Counted from the stretch's first letter, positions 40,747 through 49,783 are shown. The stretch is DNA of 64,000 nucleotides from Obrimoposthia wandeli (GCA_977020255.1 CDROCS010000506.1:2914001-2978000); one strand, 5' to 3'. Notes: generated by a model from the letters alone, not told the origin. Made by a program: numbers and translations.

Positions 40747-41586
40747 TTAAGACTTGGCATTAGCGACAAATAATTGCTCGCCACCACGTTTATAACTGTT
40801 GATCATAGTCTGTGCTTTTGGATTAACTAACCAATCGCTGAAAATCTTTGCACCTTGATAGTTGATGCTTGGGTAACGGCTTGGATTCACTAAGATAACT
40901 TGGTACGGGTTAAATAAACGTTTGTCACCTTGTACTACAATCTTCAGGTCAAGTTTGTTTTGGTAAGCTAACCAAGTACCACGGTCAGTTAATGTATATG
41001 CCTGTAGTTCCGATGCCATGTTCAGTGTTGGTCCCATGCCTTGGCCTACCGCTTTGTAGCCTGAGAAAGTAGGTTCCATTTTAGTTTGTGCCCACAGACC
41101 TAATTCTTTCTTGTTCGTGCCTGAGTCATCACCACGAGAGATGAAAGTTGCGTTGTAAGATGCGATGCCAGCGAGTGCTTTTACAACATCTTTATCGGCA
41201 TTAATTTTAGCCGGATCATTTTTTGGACCAACCAATACAAAGTCGTTATACATCAATTTACGTGGTAGTACGCCGTAACCAGCTGCCACGAATTTCGCTT
41301 CTGCATTCGCTGCGTGCGTCATGACTAAATCAACATCGCCATTTTGACCCATACGCAGTGATTTACCGGTACCTGCGGCAAGTACGTCGACTGTATAACC
41401 TGTGTCTTTTTTGAATTCTGGTAATAAGAAATCAAGCAGTCCTGAATGATAAGTACTCGTTGTCGTCGCCAAACGGATCTTCATGTCGTCAGCGGCATGA
41501 ACACCGGCTGTTGTTACAAGTGCGAATAGCGCAAGTAATGTTTGGATACATTTCATCGGTGTTACAGTCATCGGTTTTACAGTCAT
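40747..41586 (-). CDS. tupA: Tungstate-binding periplasmic protein
   Basis: TupA signature LATTTST, GTGKSL, YNDFVLVGP, SRGDDSGT. Confidence 0.92.
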   Translation of the reverse strand: MTVKPMTVTPMKCIQTLLALFALVTTAGVHAADDMKIRLATTTSTYHSGLLDFLLPEFKKDTGYTVDVLAAGTGKSLRMGQNGDVDLVMTHAANAEAKFVAAGYGVLPRKLMYNDFVLVGPKNDPAKINADKDVVKALAGIASYNATFISRGDDSGTNKKELGLWAQTKMEPTFSGYKAVGQGMGPTLNMASELQAYTLTDRGTWLAYQNKLDLKIVVQGDKRLFNPYQVILVNPSRYPSINYQGAKIFSDWLVNPKAQTMINSYKRGGEQLFVANAKS

Positions 41587-41658
41587 TAGGTCTTCCTGAC
41601 GTTTAAGTTAGCTATATAAGAAAAGTTAGTTGAAAAATCACAGTATTTGTCGTTATAA

Positions 41659-41675
41659 AGCAAATTAGATGCCAA
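41659..41675 (-). promoter_or_regulatory. sigma54 promoter of tupABC-mobA-mobB/moeA
   Basis: Minus strand TTGGCATCTAATTTGCT, a near-consensus -24/-12 element. Confidence 0.75.
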
Positions 41676-41801
41676 ATTAAAAAATACACCATATAAAACG
41701 CTGTTAATACCAATAAGTGGTTAATTTAAAAGGTAAATAATTTCGTTAATAAATTGAATGAAAATAAAGGCTTGAAACAGTTTTGACTTTGTTAGTCGAT
41801 A

Positions 41802-41818
41802 TGAGACAAAATGTCGCA
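41802..41818. promoter_or_regulatory. Candidate activator binding site, same palindrome as at the fdh operon
   Basis: TGAGACA-AAA-TGTCGCA, about 137 bp upstream of the tupA -24 element and 30 bp before the response regulator start. Confidence 0.65.
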
Positions 41819-41848
41819 ACTTAAAAATTACGGTAGTTATTTATATTT

Positions 41849-43315
41849 ATGTCTGAATTTACTTCTTCTCCCTCTTGGGCTGCAGTCTCGGTACTTGTTG
41901 TTGATGATGAACCGGGTATGCGCGCGATCTTAAAGAAAGCCTTAAGCAAAAAATTTGCGCAAGTCGATACCGCGGGTAGCATCGAAGAAGGGGAAGAGCT
42001 GCGTAAGCGTTGTCATTTCGATTTATTGATTGTCGATATCAACTTACCGGGTCGTTCAGGTATTGAATGGCACGAAGCATTTGATCCGCAAACGCGCCGT
42101 AGCGATGTGATCTTCATGACAGGTTATGCCGATTTAGATACTGCGATTAAAGCTTTACGTGCAGGGGCCTCAGATTTTATTTTAAAACCGTTTAACCTCG
42201 AGCAAATGATGCAATCGGTGAGTCGTTGTATCGAGCGTCGTTTAGTTGAACGCCAGAACTTTGCCTTGCAACGCGATATTGAGCGCACTTTCCCGATTGA
42301 TATTATTGGTGACGCCAGTAAAACCTTAGCGATGAAAAAACTGATCACCCAAATTGCGCCATCTATGGCCGCGGTATTAGTTGAAGGTGAATCTGGCACA
42401 GGTAAAGAATTAGTCGCGCGTGCGTTACATCAACTGAGTTTACGTAATGGTCCTTTTGTGCCGTTAAACTGCGGTTCTATTGCCCCTGATCTATTAGAAA
42501 GTGAATTATTTGGTCATACTCAAGGTGCATTTACCGGCGCGAAAAAAAGCCGTGAAGGGTTATTTCGCGTCGCCAATGGCGGTACCTTATTCCTGGATGA
42601 AATTGGTGAAATGCCACTGGCTATGCAGTCATCGTTATTACGCGTATTAGAGCAAAAAGCTATCCGCCCAGTCGGTGGTGAACGCGAGATCCCCGTTGAT
42701 GTACGTATTGTGGCGGCGACTAACCGTAATTTAAAACAAGAAGTCGATGCCGGTCGTTTTCGTCAAGATCTGTATTATCGTTTAAATGTATTAACGGTTG
42801 AGTTACCACCGTTGCGTGATCGCGTTGAAGATATTCCGGCATTGGCGCATCACTTTACCCTGAAATTATCCAATGACTTGGGCATGAAAGGGGTCAGCTG
42901 GACACATGAAGATATACAAGCCATGCAAGCTTATGACTGGCCAGGTAATATTCGTGAATTACGCAATTTAATGGAACGCTGTATTTTACTGGGTAAACCG
43001 CCTGCGGAATATTGGCGTGAGCTGCAAGGTGATACCGAACCATTGCCAAGATCGGCTATTGGCGAATTTGATCAAACACGTATGGATGAAGCGAATTTAA
43101 CTAGCCCTTGTCACTGCTCATCTGTTGTCGATGGTGATGAAGAACAATATTGTTATCCAACGGCATGGACATTAAAACAAGTAGAAAAAGCACATATCAT
43201 GCAGGTTGTTGATTCTCATGAAGGCAATAAGTCAGCAGCGGCGCGTAAGCTTGGCGTAGCACGGAAAACGTTAGAGCGTAAATATAAAGAATGGGTGGAT
43301 GAAGCGGCATTATGA
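41849..43315 (+). CDS. sigma54-dependent NtrC-family response regulator (REC-AAA+-HTH)
   Basis: VVDDE receiver, GESGTGKE, GAFTGA, FLDEIGE, RQDLYYRL, WPGNIREL, C-terminal HTH. Confidence 0.95.
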   Translation: MSEFTSSPSWAAVSVLVVDDEPGMRAILKKALSKKFAQVDTAGSIEEGEELRKRCHFDLLIVDINLPGRSGIEWHEAFDPQTRRSDVIFMTGYADLDTAIKALRAGASDFILKPFNLEQMMQSVSRCIERRLVERQNFALQRDIERTFPIDIIGDASKTLAMKKLITQIAPSMAAVLVEGESGTGKELVARALHQLSLRNGPFVPLNCGSIAPDLLESELFGHTQGAFTGAKKSREGLFRVANGGTLFLDEIGEMPLAMQSSLLRVLEQKAIRPVGGEREIPVDVRIVAATNRNLKQEVDAGRFRQDLYYRLNVLTVELPPLRDRVEDIPALAHHFTLKLSNDLGMKGVSWTHEDIQAMQAYDWPGNIRELRNLMERCILLGKPPAEYWRELQGDTEPLPRSAIGEFDQTRMDEANLTSPCHCSSVVDGDEEQYCYPTAWTLKQVEKAHIMQVVDSHEGNKSAAARKLGVARKTLERKYKEWVDEAAL

Positions 43316-45357
43316 AAATGAAACAATTTATATTGCTATGGATTAAACGCTTTCGGACTATGGTGCGTTATCGTTTATTAGTGCTGACCTCGGTACCTAT
43401 TATTCTAACGTTGTTCGCCCTATTCGGGCTGGCTATGTATTGGACGGTGACGTATACCTGGCAAAACGCCTTGATGAACGTTAAAGCCGATCGGACGGTT
43501 GCACATAACAGTATTGCACTGTTACAGAAAGAGCAGCGCCTGCAGCTTAAATCACTGTCATTGTCGTACGATTTTCAGCACTTATTACGCACAGATAAAG
43601 CCAAATTATCTGCTTGGGTAAATCAGCAGACAGCCAGTAATTCGTTAGATTTTGTGGTTTTGCATCCTGCTACAGATTTGGATACTTTCCCACTGGCTAA
43701 TCAGCAATCGTTATTGGCGGGTAAACCACAAACATTCTTTCAAGTATTGAACAGTGATCAGCTGTCGACGTTGAATAAAAACCTGCCAATTAATGCGCAA
43801 ATCCCGTTATTACTGGAGCACACATTAGAGTCAAAAGGTTTAGTTAGCCGTAATTTATTGCCAATCTTTGACAGTAATGAGCAACTGCAATGGATCCTCG
43901 ATGGCGGTATATTATTAAATAACAGTACTTTGTTAGTTGATCGTATTCGTGACCTTGTTTACACCCCAGGTACATTGCCGTTGGACAGTATTGGTACGGT
44001 GACGCTGTTCATGGATGATATTCGCGTGAGTACTAATGTGCCATTAGACAGTGGTGATATTAACGGTAGAGCTATTGGTACCCGGGTTTCTGCAGAGGTA
44101 AAGCAGCAAGTATTAGTTGATGGGCAAGAGTGGGTGGGTCGTGCTTTTGTTTATGACAATTGGTATATATCTGCTTATGAACCGCTACGAGATTATGATG
44201 GTAATGTCATTGGCATGTTGTATACCGGTTATTTAGAATGGCCCTTAGTAGAAACGTTTTTAACCAATATTGCCGAATTTAGCATTGGTATTATTGCGGT
44301 ATTATTACTCTCGGGTGGCTTGGTATATCGTGGTGCGCGCGATTTATTTAGACCGATAGAGAAGATCCACAATGTGGTGAGAGTGGTACCGCTAGGGCTC
44401 AATCGCCGAATTGGTGATTTGGGGCTATGCAAAGATCACGAGTTAGCGGCGTTTGGTGAACAGTTTGATTCCATGCTCGATCAATTAGAACAACGCAATG
44501 ATGTGATTAAACAAGCGTCTGTGGAGCTTGAAGATAAAGTACGTACGCGAACCCAAAGCTTGCATGATAAAACCCAAGAGTTAGAACAGTACATTAAGTT
44601 GTTAAACCAAACTCGCAGCAAGCTAATTATGAGTGAAAAACTTGCCGCGCTGGGGGAACTCACTGCTGGTATTGCCCATGAAATTAATAATCCGACCGCC
44701 GTGATTTTAGGTAATGTCGAATTGTTGCAACTCGAGCTAGGTGACGATAGCCAACGTGTAACGGAAGAGCTTGAAGCGATACATGAACAAATTGATCGTA
44801 TCCGTAATATTACCCGCAGTTTATTGCAGTACAGCCGTCAAGGTGGCGTGCAAGATGAAGTGACTTGGCAGCATTTAAATCATATCGTCAAAGAGAGCCT
44901 GACGTTAGTGCGTTCTGGTACGAAGTCGGCCAACGTACAAGTTGAATCACAATTAGAGGCCAAATGCTGCGTGGAAGCCAATCGTCATCAATTGCTGCAA
45001 GTGTTGGTTAATTTGCAGATGAACGGTGTGCATGCCATGGATGACAAAGGCATGCTGAAAATTAAAACGGAAGATTGGCTTGATGATCAGGGTAATACTA
45101 TCGGTGCGGTTGTACATATTAGTGATCATGGTTGTGGTATTAGCGAAGATAATTTAGCGCGTATTTTCGATCCGTTTTTTACCACGCGTCGTAGCGGTAC
45201 TGGTTTAGGTTTATCGGTGAGCCAGAGTATTATTAGCGAAGTTGGCGGTAAGATCACAGTGCAATCAGATCTGGGCATCGGTTCGACATTTTCGATTTAT
45301 TTACTCGAAAAAGCCGTTGTGCATAATGATTTATTGTTACCCGTTGAAGTGTACTAA
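43312..45357 (+). CDS. Membrane sensor histidine kinase with a Cache-like periplasmic domain and HAMP
   Basis: Two TM segments, Cache-like RVSTNV...RAIGT...YISAYEPLRD...VIGMLYTG, H-box AGIAHEINNP, DHGCG, GTGLGL. 4-bp overlap with the regulator. Confidence 0.92.
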   Translation: MKMKQFILLWIKRFRTMVRYRLLVLTSVPIILTLFALFGLAMYWTVTYTWQNALMNVKADRTVAHNSIALLQKEQRLQLKSLSLSYDFQHLLRTDKAKLSAWVNQQTASNSLDFVVLHPATDLDTFPLANQQSLLAGKPQTFFQVLNSDQLSTLNKNLPINAQIPLLLEHTLESKGLVSRNLLPIFDSNEQLQWILDGGILLNNSTLLVDRIRDLVYTPGTLPLDSIGTVTLFMDDIRVSTNVPLDSGDINGRAIGTRVSAEVKQQVLVDGQEWVGRAFVYDNWYISAYEPLRDYDGNVIGMLYTGYLEWPLVETFLTNIAEFSIGIIAVLLLSGGLVYRGARDLFRPIEKIHNVVRVVPLGLNRRIGDLGLCKDHELAAFGEQFDSMLDQLEQRNDVIKQASVELEDKVRTRTQSLHDKTQELEQYIKLLNQTRSKLIMSEKLAALGELTAGIAHEINNPTAVILGNVELLQLELGDDSQRVTEELEAIHEQIDRIRNITRSLLQYSRQGGVQDEVTWQHLNHIVKESLTLVRSGTKSANVQVESQLEAKCCVEANRHQLLQVLVNLQMNGVHAMDDKGMLKIKTEDWLDDQGNTIGAVVHISDHGCGISEDNLARIFDPFFTTRRSGTGLGLSVSQSIISEVGGKITVQSDLGIGSTFSIYLLEKAVVHNDLLLPVEVY

Positions 45358-45374
45358 CGGGCGTTATATTGACG

Positions 45375-46487
45375 TTAGAAAAAAGAAAACAGAGTAAGGG
45401 TGGAAATACCGTAAAACGCCGTCGGTGCTTCTTCATAATCAGGTGTTTTAGCCGTAAAGGTTAGGCTGAAACCTGCATTGTTGTTATACCAGACAGCCCC
45501 TAATACCGCGCTTGATTGCCAGTTTTCAAGTGTTGATGGATAGTTTTCTGGTGCGGAAATATTAGGTCGTTCACCTTCAATGGTAATGTCGTTAAATCGG
45601 TAACGGCCTTCAATGCCGGTAAATACAAACCAAGCTGAATTTGACGCGCCGATCATGCCTGGGCGAAAGGGATGCTCAGTTGAAATGCCAGCTGCACCCA
45701 TATTGTTGCTAAGGTCGCGTCCCCAGCGCAGCATTATGCCGCTGGCTATATCACTCCTAAATCCACCAATATTAACTTCGCTAACATTTGATATTTCAAA
45801 CTCGGTATTGTTTAATCCGGTGCTATCTACTCCAGAGCTATTTACTTCAGAGCTATTTATTTCAGACCCAGCCCCATTGACGCCAGTATTATCTCCCCCT
45901 GTATTAACAAATAAGCTACTACGACTCAGGTTAAAGTGAGTGAGGTAACCAATACTACCAACCACGCCATCGTCTATTTGGTATTGCCAGCCGTTTGGTT
46001 CATCAGAACCTGTGATGCTATGCACCAATTTTTGTGATTGCTCTGCGAGTGAGCTTTCACCTGTGACGCCCAGTGTGACGTTAAATCGTTGTGTTTGTCG
46101 TGGGCTCAGGCTAATGAAATTAAATTCACTATAAAAGTACCCAGCATAAGGTCTATCGTTGGCGACTGGTTCCGAAGATTTAATATCTGCAGGGGTCCAT
46201 ATTTTATGCCCTATCACTAGCTCAAATTTATCTAAAGACGCTGCGCCCCATACAGATAAACTTAAAGGTGTCAGTATCGAAGGTGTGTTGATGGTAGCTG
46301 AAGTATAAGCGACAAAAATGCCGTTGCTATAGTCTTGGTCAACACCAAAAACAGCATCATTATCGAAGGATAATGTAATGGTTGGCTGCTCAGACGCCTG
46401 CACTCTTGATGAGACCGCAGCTATTAATGCACAGAATAATGGTAAGAGTAGCGGGAAAAGCAATGCAAAGAGAGTGCGTGACTTCAT
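45375..46487 (-). CDS. LpxR-family (DUF2219) outer-membrane lipid A deacylase-like beta-barrel
   Basis: Signal peptide, FDND...DQDYSNG, IWTP, DRPYAGY, GWQYQI, YRFNDITIEG, terminal Phe. Confidence 0.8.
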   Translation of the reverse strand: MKSRTLFALLFPLLLPLFCALIAAVSSRVQASEQPTITLSFDNDAVFGVDQDYSNGIFVAYTSATINTPSILTPLSLSVWGAASLDKFELVIGHKIWTPADIKSSEPVANDRPYAGYFYSEFNFISLSPRQTQRFNVTLGVTGESSLAEQSQKLVHSITGSDEPNGWQYQIDDGVVGSIGYLTHFNLSRSSLFVNTGGDNTGVNGAGSEINSSEVNSSGVDSTGLNNTEFEISNVSEVNIGGFRSDIASGIMLRWGRDLSNNMGAAGISTEHPFRPGMIGASNSAWFVFTGIEGRYRFNDITIEGERPNISAPENYPSTLENWQSSAVLGAVWYNNNAGFSLTFTAKTPDYEEAPTAFYGISTLTLFSFF

Positions 46488-46603
46488 TTTATCACCATCG
46501 TTAATAACGTACTCTTAACCATAGCAGCGTATATACCAATGTGAAGGATATAACCATGGTTCTACGTTGGTTGTGAAGTGAGGGCAATAAAGATATATAA
46601 AAA

Positions 46604-46621
46604 CTGTCACATTTCTGAAAT
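46604..46621 (+). promoter_or_regulatory. Pho box (PhoB site)
   Basis: CTGTCAC-ATTT-CTGAAAT compared with CTGTCAT-N4-CTGTCAY, upstream of phoX. Confidence 0.7.
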
Positions 46622-46685
46622 GGTATATACATAATTACTTGTTAGTTTATAGCTATCTTAAATTATAACCTAAGCAGATAACAGC

Positions 46686-48707
46686 ATGAGCAAAGATACA
46701 TTCGACCCAACTAAATATAATAACAGTAACAATGAACCTTTTGCAGCTGTGATGGAAAGAGAGCTTTCTCGCCGCAGTATATTAAGAGCTGGTATGGGGA
46801 TGGCAGCTGTGGGTATGCTTAGTTCCGTTGGTTTGACTGGTTGCAATAGTACTGATTCGGTCGTTAACACGCCAACAACTAAACTTGGTTTTGATTCAAT
46901 TCCTGGTGCTAAGTTAGACGCCGTTGTTGTCCCTAAAGGTTATAGTGCACAAATACTTGCACCTTGGGGAACGCCATTAAATGATTTTGCTCAGGAATGG
47001 CAGGCAGATGGCACTAATAGTGCGAACGACCAAGCAAACTCATTAGGCATGCATCACGATGGTATGCATTACTTCCCGTTAAACGGTAGCTCTACCGATG
47101 GCTTGTTATGTATTAATCACGAATATATAGATCAAAAAGCATTACATCCTACAGGCCCAACGAAAGACGGTAATAGCTTACGTACAATTCTTGATGAAGT
47201 ACGTAAAGAAATTAATGCTCACGGTGTAACGGTAGTGCGTATTAAGCAAACCAATGGCATTTGGGATGTGGTTAAAAATGATAGTCATAACCGCCGCTTT
47301 ACTGGTGCTACTACTATGGATATCAGTGGCCCTGTTGCTGATAAAACGCTACTTGAAACGCCTTTCTCTCCAAACGGCGATAAAGTACGTGGCACACTAA
47401 ATAACTGTGGTAATGGTTATACGCCATGGGGTACTTACTTGACCTGCGAAGAAAACTGGCCTGGATATTTTGTTAATACAGGCACTCAGACCGCAGATCA
47501 ATCACGTATCGGTATTGATGCTAATAACACGCGTTATGGTTGGGATGATTTAGCCGGAAATGCAGCTGAGATTGATGATGAATTTAAGCGTTTCGATATC
47601 ACTAAAATGGGCACAGATGCCACTAAAGATTACCGTAATGAAGCCAATGGCCACGGTTATATCGTTGAAATTAATCCGTATGATAATAGCACTAGCGCGG
47701 TAAAACGTACTGCACTGGGTCGCTTCCGTCATGAAGGTTGTGTATTTGGCCAAGTTGTTGAAGGCAAACCAATCGTATTCTATTCTGGTCACGATTCACG
47801 CTTTGAATATATTTATAAATTTGTATCTGATGTTAATTGGTTGGCTGGCGATGCCTCGCGTGATGACCGTTTAGCTGTCGGCGCTAAATACATGGATCAA
47901 GGTACGTTGTACGTTGCTAGATTCGATGATAATGGCGTTGGTGTATGGTTACCATTAACCATGACAGCAACGACTAAAGATCAAGGTGTATTGGCTGATC
48001 ACTTTACTAATCAGGCTGGCATTATTTTGAATACAGCTGGCGCTGCGGATTTAGTCGGTGCAACACCGATGGATCGCCCAGAGTGGGCAGCTGTAGATCC
48101 AGTGAATGGTGCGGTTTACATGACGCTAACCAATAATACCAAGCGTACGACTGAGACGAATGCTGCTAACCCAAGATTAAATAACAGCACAGGTCATATT
48201 ATCCGTTGGCAAGAAGGCGATAATGCTGAATTATTTAACTGGGATATTTTTGTGTTTGGTGCGGCAGAAGATGCAGCTCCCGATGTGAATATTTCAGGAT
48301 TGGCTGAGCTAAATCAATTCGCTAGCCCAGATGGTTTAGCCTTTGATGCGCGTGGCATTATGTGGATGCAAACTGATAATGGTGCACCTGAATTGACTGA
48401 ATACACCAATGATCAGATGCTGGCAGTGGTACCAAGTCAGTTAATGACTGATTCAGGGGAACTCGATACCATTAACAGTGGTAACCAAACAGAACTAAAA
48501 CGTTTCTTCGTTGGCCCGAATGGCGCTGAAGTGACAGGTTTAGCTTTTAGTCCTGCGCAGACAGATTTATTTTTGAATGTACAACATCCAGCTAACTGGC
48601 CGTATAGCAGTGATGCGACGATGGAAACACCGAGTAACACAACAGTTCGCCCGCGAGCGGCAACGGTTATTATTCGTAAGAATGACGGCGGTGAAGTTGG
48701 GGTTTAA
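46686..48707 (+). CDS. phoX: PhoX-family alkaline phosphatase with Tat/lipoprotein-type leader
   Basis: SRRSIL twin-Arg, LTGC lipobox-like, HHDGM, NHEY, GTLNNCGNG-TPWGTYLTCEEN, GRFRHE, MDRPE, ASPDG, NVQHP. Confidence 0.92.
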   Translation: MSKDTFDPTKYNNSNNEPFAAVMERELSRRSILRAGMGMAAVGMLSSVGLTGCNSTDSVVNTPTTKLGFDSIPGAKLDAVVVPKGYSAQILAPWGTPLNDFAQEWQADGTNSANDQANSLGMHHDGMHYFPLNGSSTDGLLCINHEYIDQKALHPTGPTKDGNSLRTILDEVRKEINAHGVTVVRIKQTNGIWDVVKNDSHNRRFTGATTMDISGPVADKTLLETPFSPNGDKVRGTLNNCGNGYTPWGTYLTCEENWPGYFVNTGTQTADQSRIGIDANNTRYGWDDLAGNAAEIDDEFKRFDITKMGTDATKDYRNEANGHGYIVEINPYDNSTSAVKRTALGRFRHEGCVFGQVVEGKPIVFYSGHDSRFEYIYKFVSDVNWLAGDASRDDRLAVGAKYMDQGTLYVARFDDNGVGVWLPLTMTATTKDQGVLADHFTNQAGIILNTAGAADLVGATPMDRPEWAAVDPVNGAVYMTLTNNTKRTTETNAANPRLNNSTGHIIRWQEGDNAELFNWDIFVFGAAEDAAPDVNISGLAELNQFASPDGLAFDARGIMWMQTDNGAPELTEYTNDQMLAVVPSQLMTDSGELDTINSGNQTELKRFFVGPNGAEVTGLAFSPAQTDLFLNVQHPANWPYSSDATMETPSNTTVRPRAATVIIRKNDGGEVGV

Positions 48708-48784
48708 TGCCTACCTTAATCTGCATCTGTGTCCGTATTAGGCACAACAGTACTTATTAATAAATGCTTTATAGCAAAATGTAT

Positions 48785-48809
48785 AACCAGCCTTCGGGCT
48801 GGTTTTATT
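48785..48809 (+). terminator. Terminator after phoX
   Basis: AACCAGCC-TTCG-GGCTGGTT-TTATT. Confidence 0.85.
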
Positions 48810-48874
48810 GTTTATAGCACCTTATTTACGGTAGGATAACGCTATCAGAAGCGAGAGTTAACCACGAGCAGAAC

Positions 48875-49216
48875 ATGACTAAAACAGAAAAGAAGATTGA
48901 TAATAATTTATGTAAAGTACTTACCGATGTTTGTGAAACCGCAAAGGATGAAATCCAGGGCTTTCAGTGGTTAACACATCAGGTGAACTACGCTAATTTC
49001 CCAACCTCGTTAAAGCTTACATGCGTGTTTGATAGCAATGCGGATATTGCCCAGTTGACAGCATCGAAGCAAGACTTACGTTTGCAGGGACTATTAACAC
49101 AGGCACTGATGTCGATGGATGTGAAAATTAAAAATCCTAATAAACAGATCAAATTTGATAGTGAAGAAAATTGTGCCCGTGATAATGGCGGCAACTGGAC
49201 TAAACGTTTAGCTTAA
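48875..49216 (+). CDS. Conserved small hypothetical protein of marine gammaproteobacteria
   Basis: 113 aa with TDVCE...GFQWLTH-VNY--FP-SL--TCVFD and FDSEE-C pattern, recalled as a conserved family. Function unknown. Confidence 0.7.
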   Translation: MTKTEKKIDNNLCKVLTDVCETAKDEIQGFQWLTHQVNYANFPTSLKLTCVFDSNADIAQLTASKQDLRLQGLLTQALMSMDVKIKNPNKQIKFDSEENCARDNGGNWTKRLA

Positions 49217-49228
49217 TGGCTATTCTTT

Positions 49229-49282
49229 TGAACTGTACGACTAAGCTGAACTGTACGATTAAGCTCGATAGTACATACTAAG
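49229..49282 (+). repeat. 18-bp tandem direct repeat x2 plus a degenerate third unit
   Basis: Units tgaactgtacgactaagc, tgaactgtacgattaagc, tcgatagtacatactaag. Confidence 0.85.
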
Positions 49283-49434
49283 ATAATCACAGCTGAAAGC
49301 ATCAGTACCAGCCTAGGTTGTTTAATATTCCGGTGACCGCTAATTCTGCGGCTAAGAGTAAATAATAGAATAAGCCAAATACTGCGTCTACAGGATCTAC
49401 ACCAGCGAAATACTTAAGTGATAAACGAGGATTA

Positions 49435-49680
49435 ATGATGAAATGCGAGCAATATGATTATATCGAAATAGCATGCATGTATCGGTATCTTATTAAATTA
49501 ACCCTAAGAACGGGTGCTGAAATTATTGGTACTGGCATTGATACACAGCGTAATGAGGGTCGGGAAGAATGTATTAAAATGGATGTTGAGGGGACGAGTC
49601 AGTTGATTGTGCTCGATAGTATTTTAACGCTAGAGGTGAAAACAGATAACCCACACTTTAAGGTTGTCACGTTTGATTAG
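49435..49680 (+). CDS. rof: Rho-binding antiterminator Rof/YaeO
   Basis: CEQYDYIEIACMY, L-L--G--I-G---DT pattern. GAGG RBS. Confidence 0.85.
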   Translation: MMKCEQYDYIEIACMYRYLIKLTLRTGAEIIGTGIDTQRNEGREECIKMDVEGTSQLIVLDSILTLEVKTDNPHFKVVTFD

Positions 49681-49783
49681 TGATAGCTCTTAATAATAGC
49701 TCTTAATACGGCCCTGAATAAAACAGCCCTGTCTGTGCTAACAAAACAAGGCTGATGCGTCCGCTTTGTGATAAATAAATACC

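Noticed and set aside
48875-49216. Fis-family regulator label that I recall for this protein family
   Set aside because: No Fis-type HTH is visible, so it is left as hypothetical.
49229-49282. CRISPR array
   Set aside because: The units are adjacent 18-mers with no spacers, and there are no cas genes.
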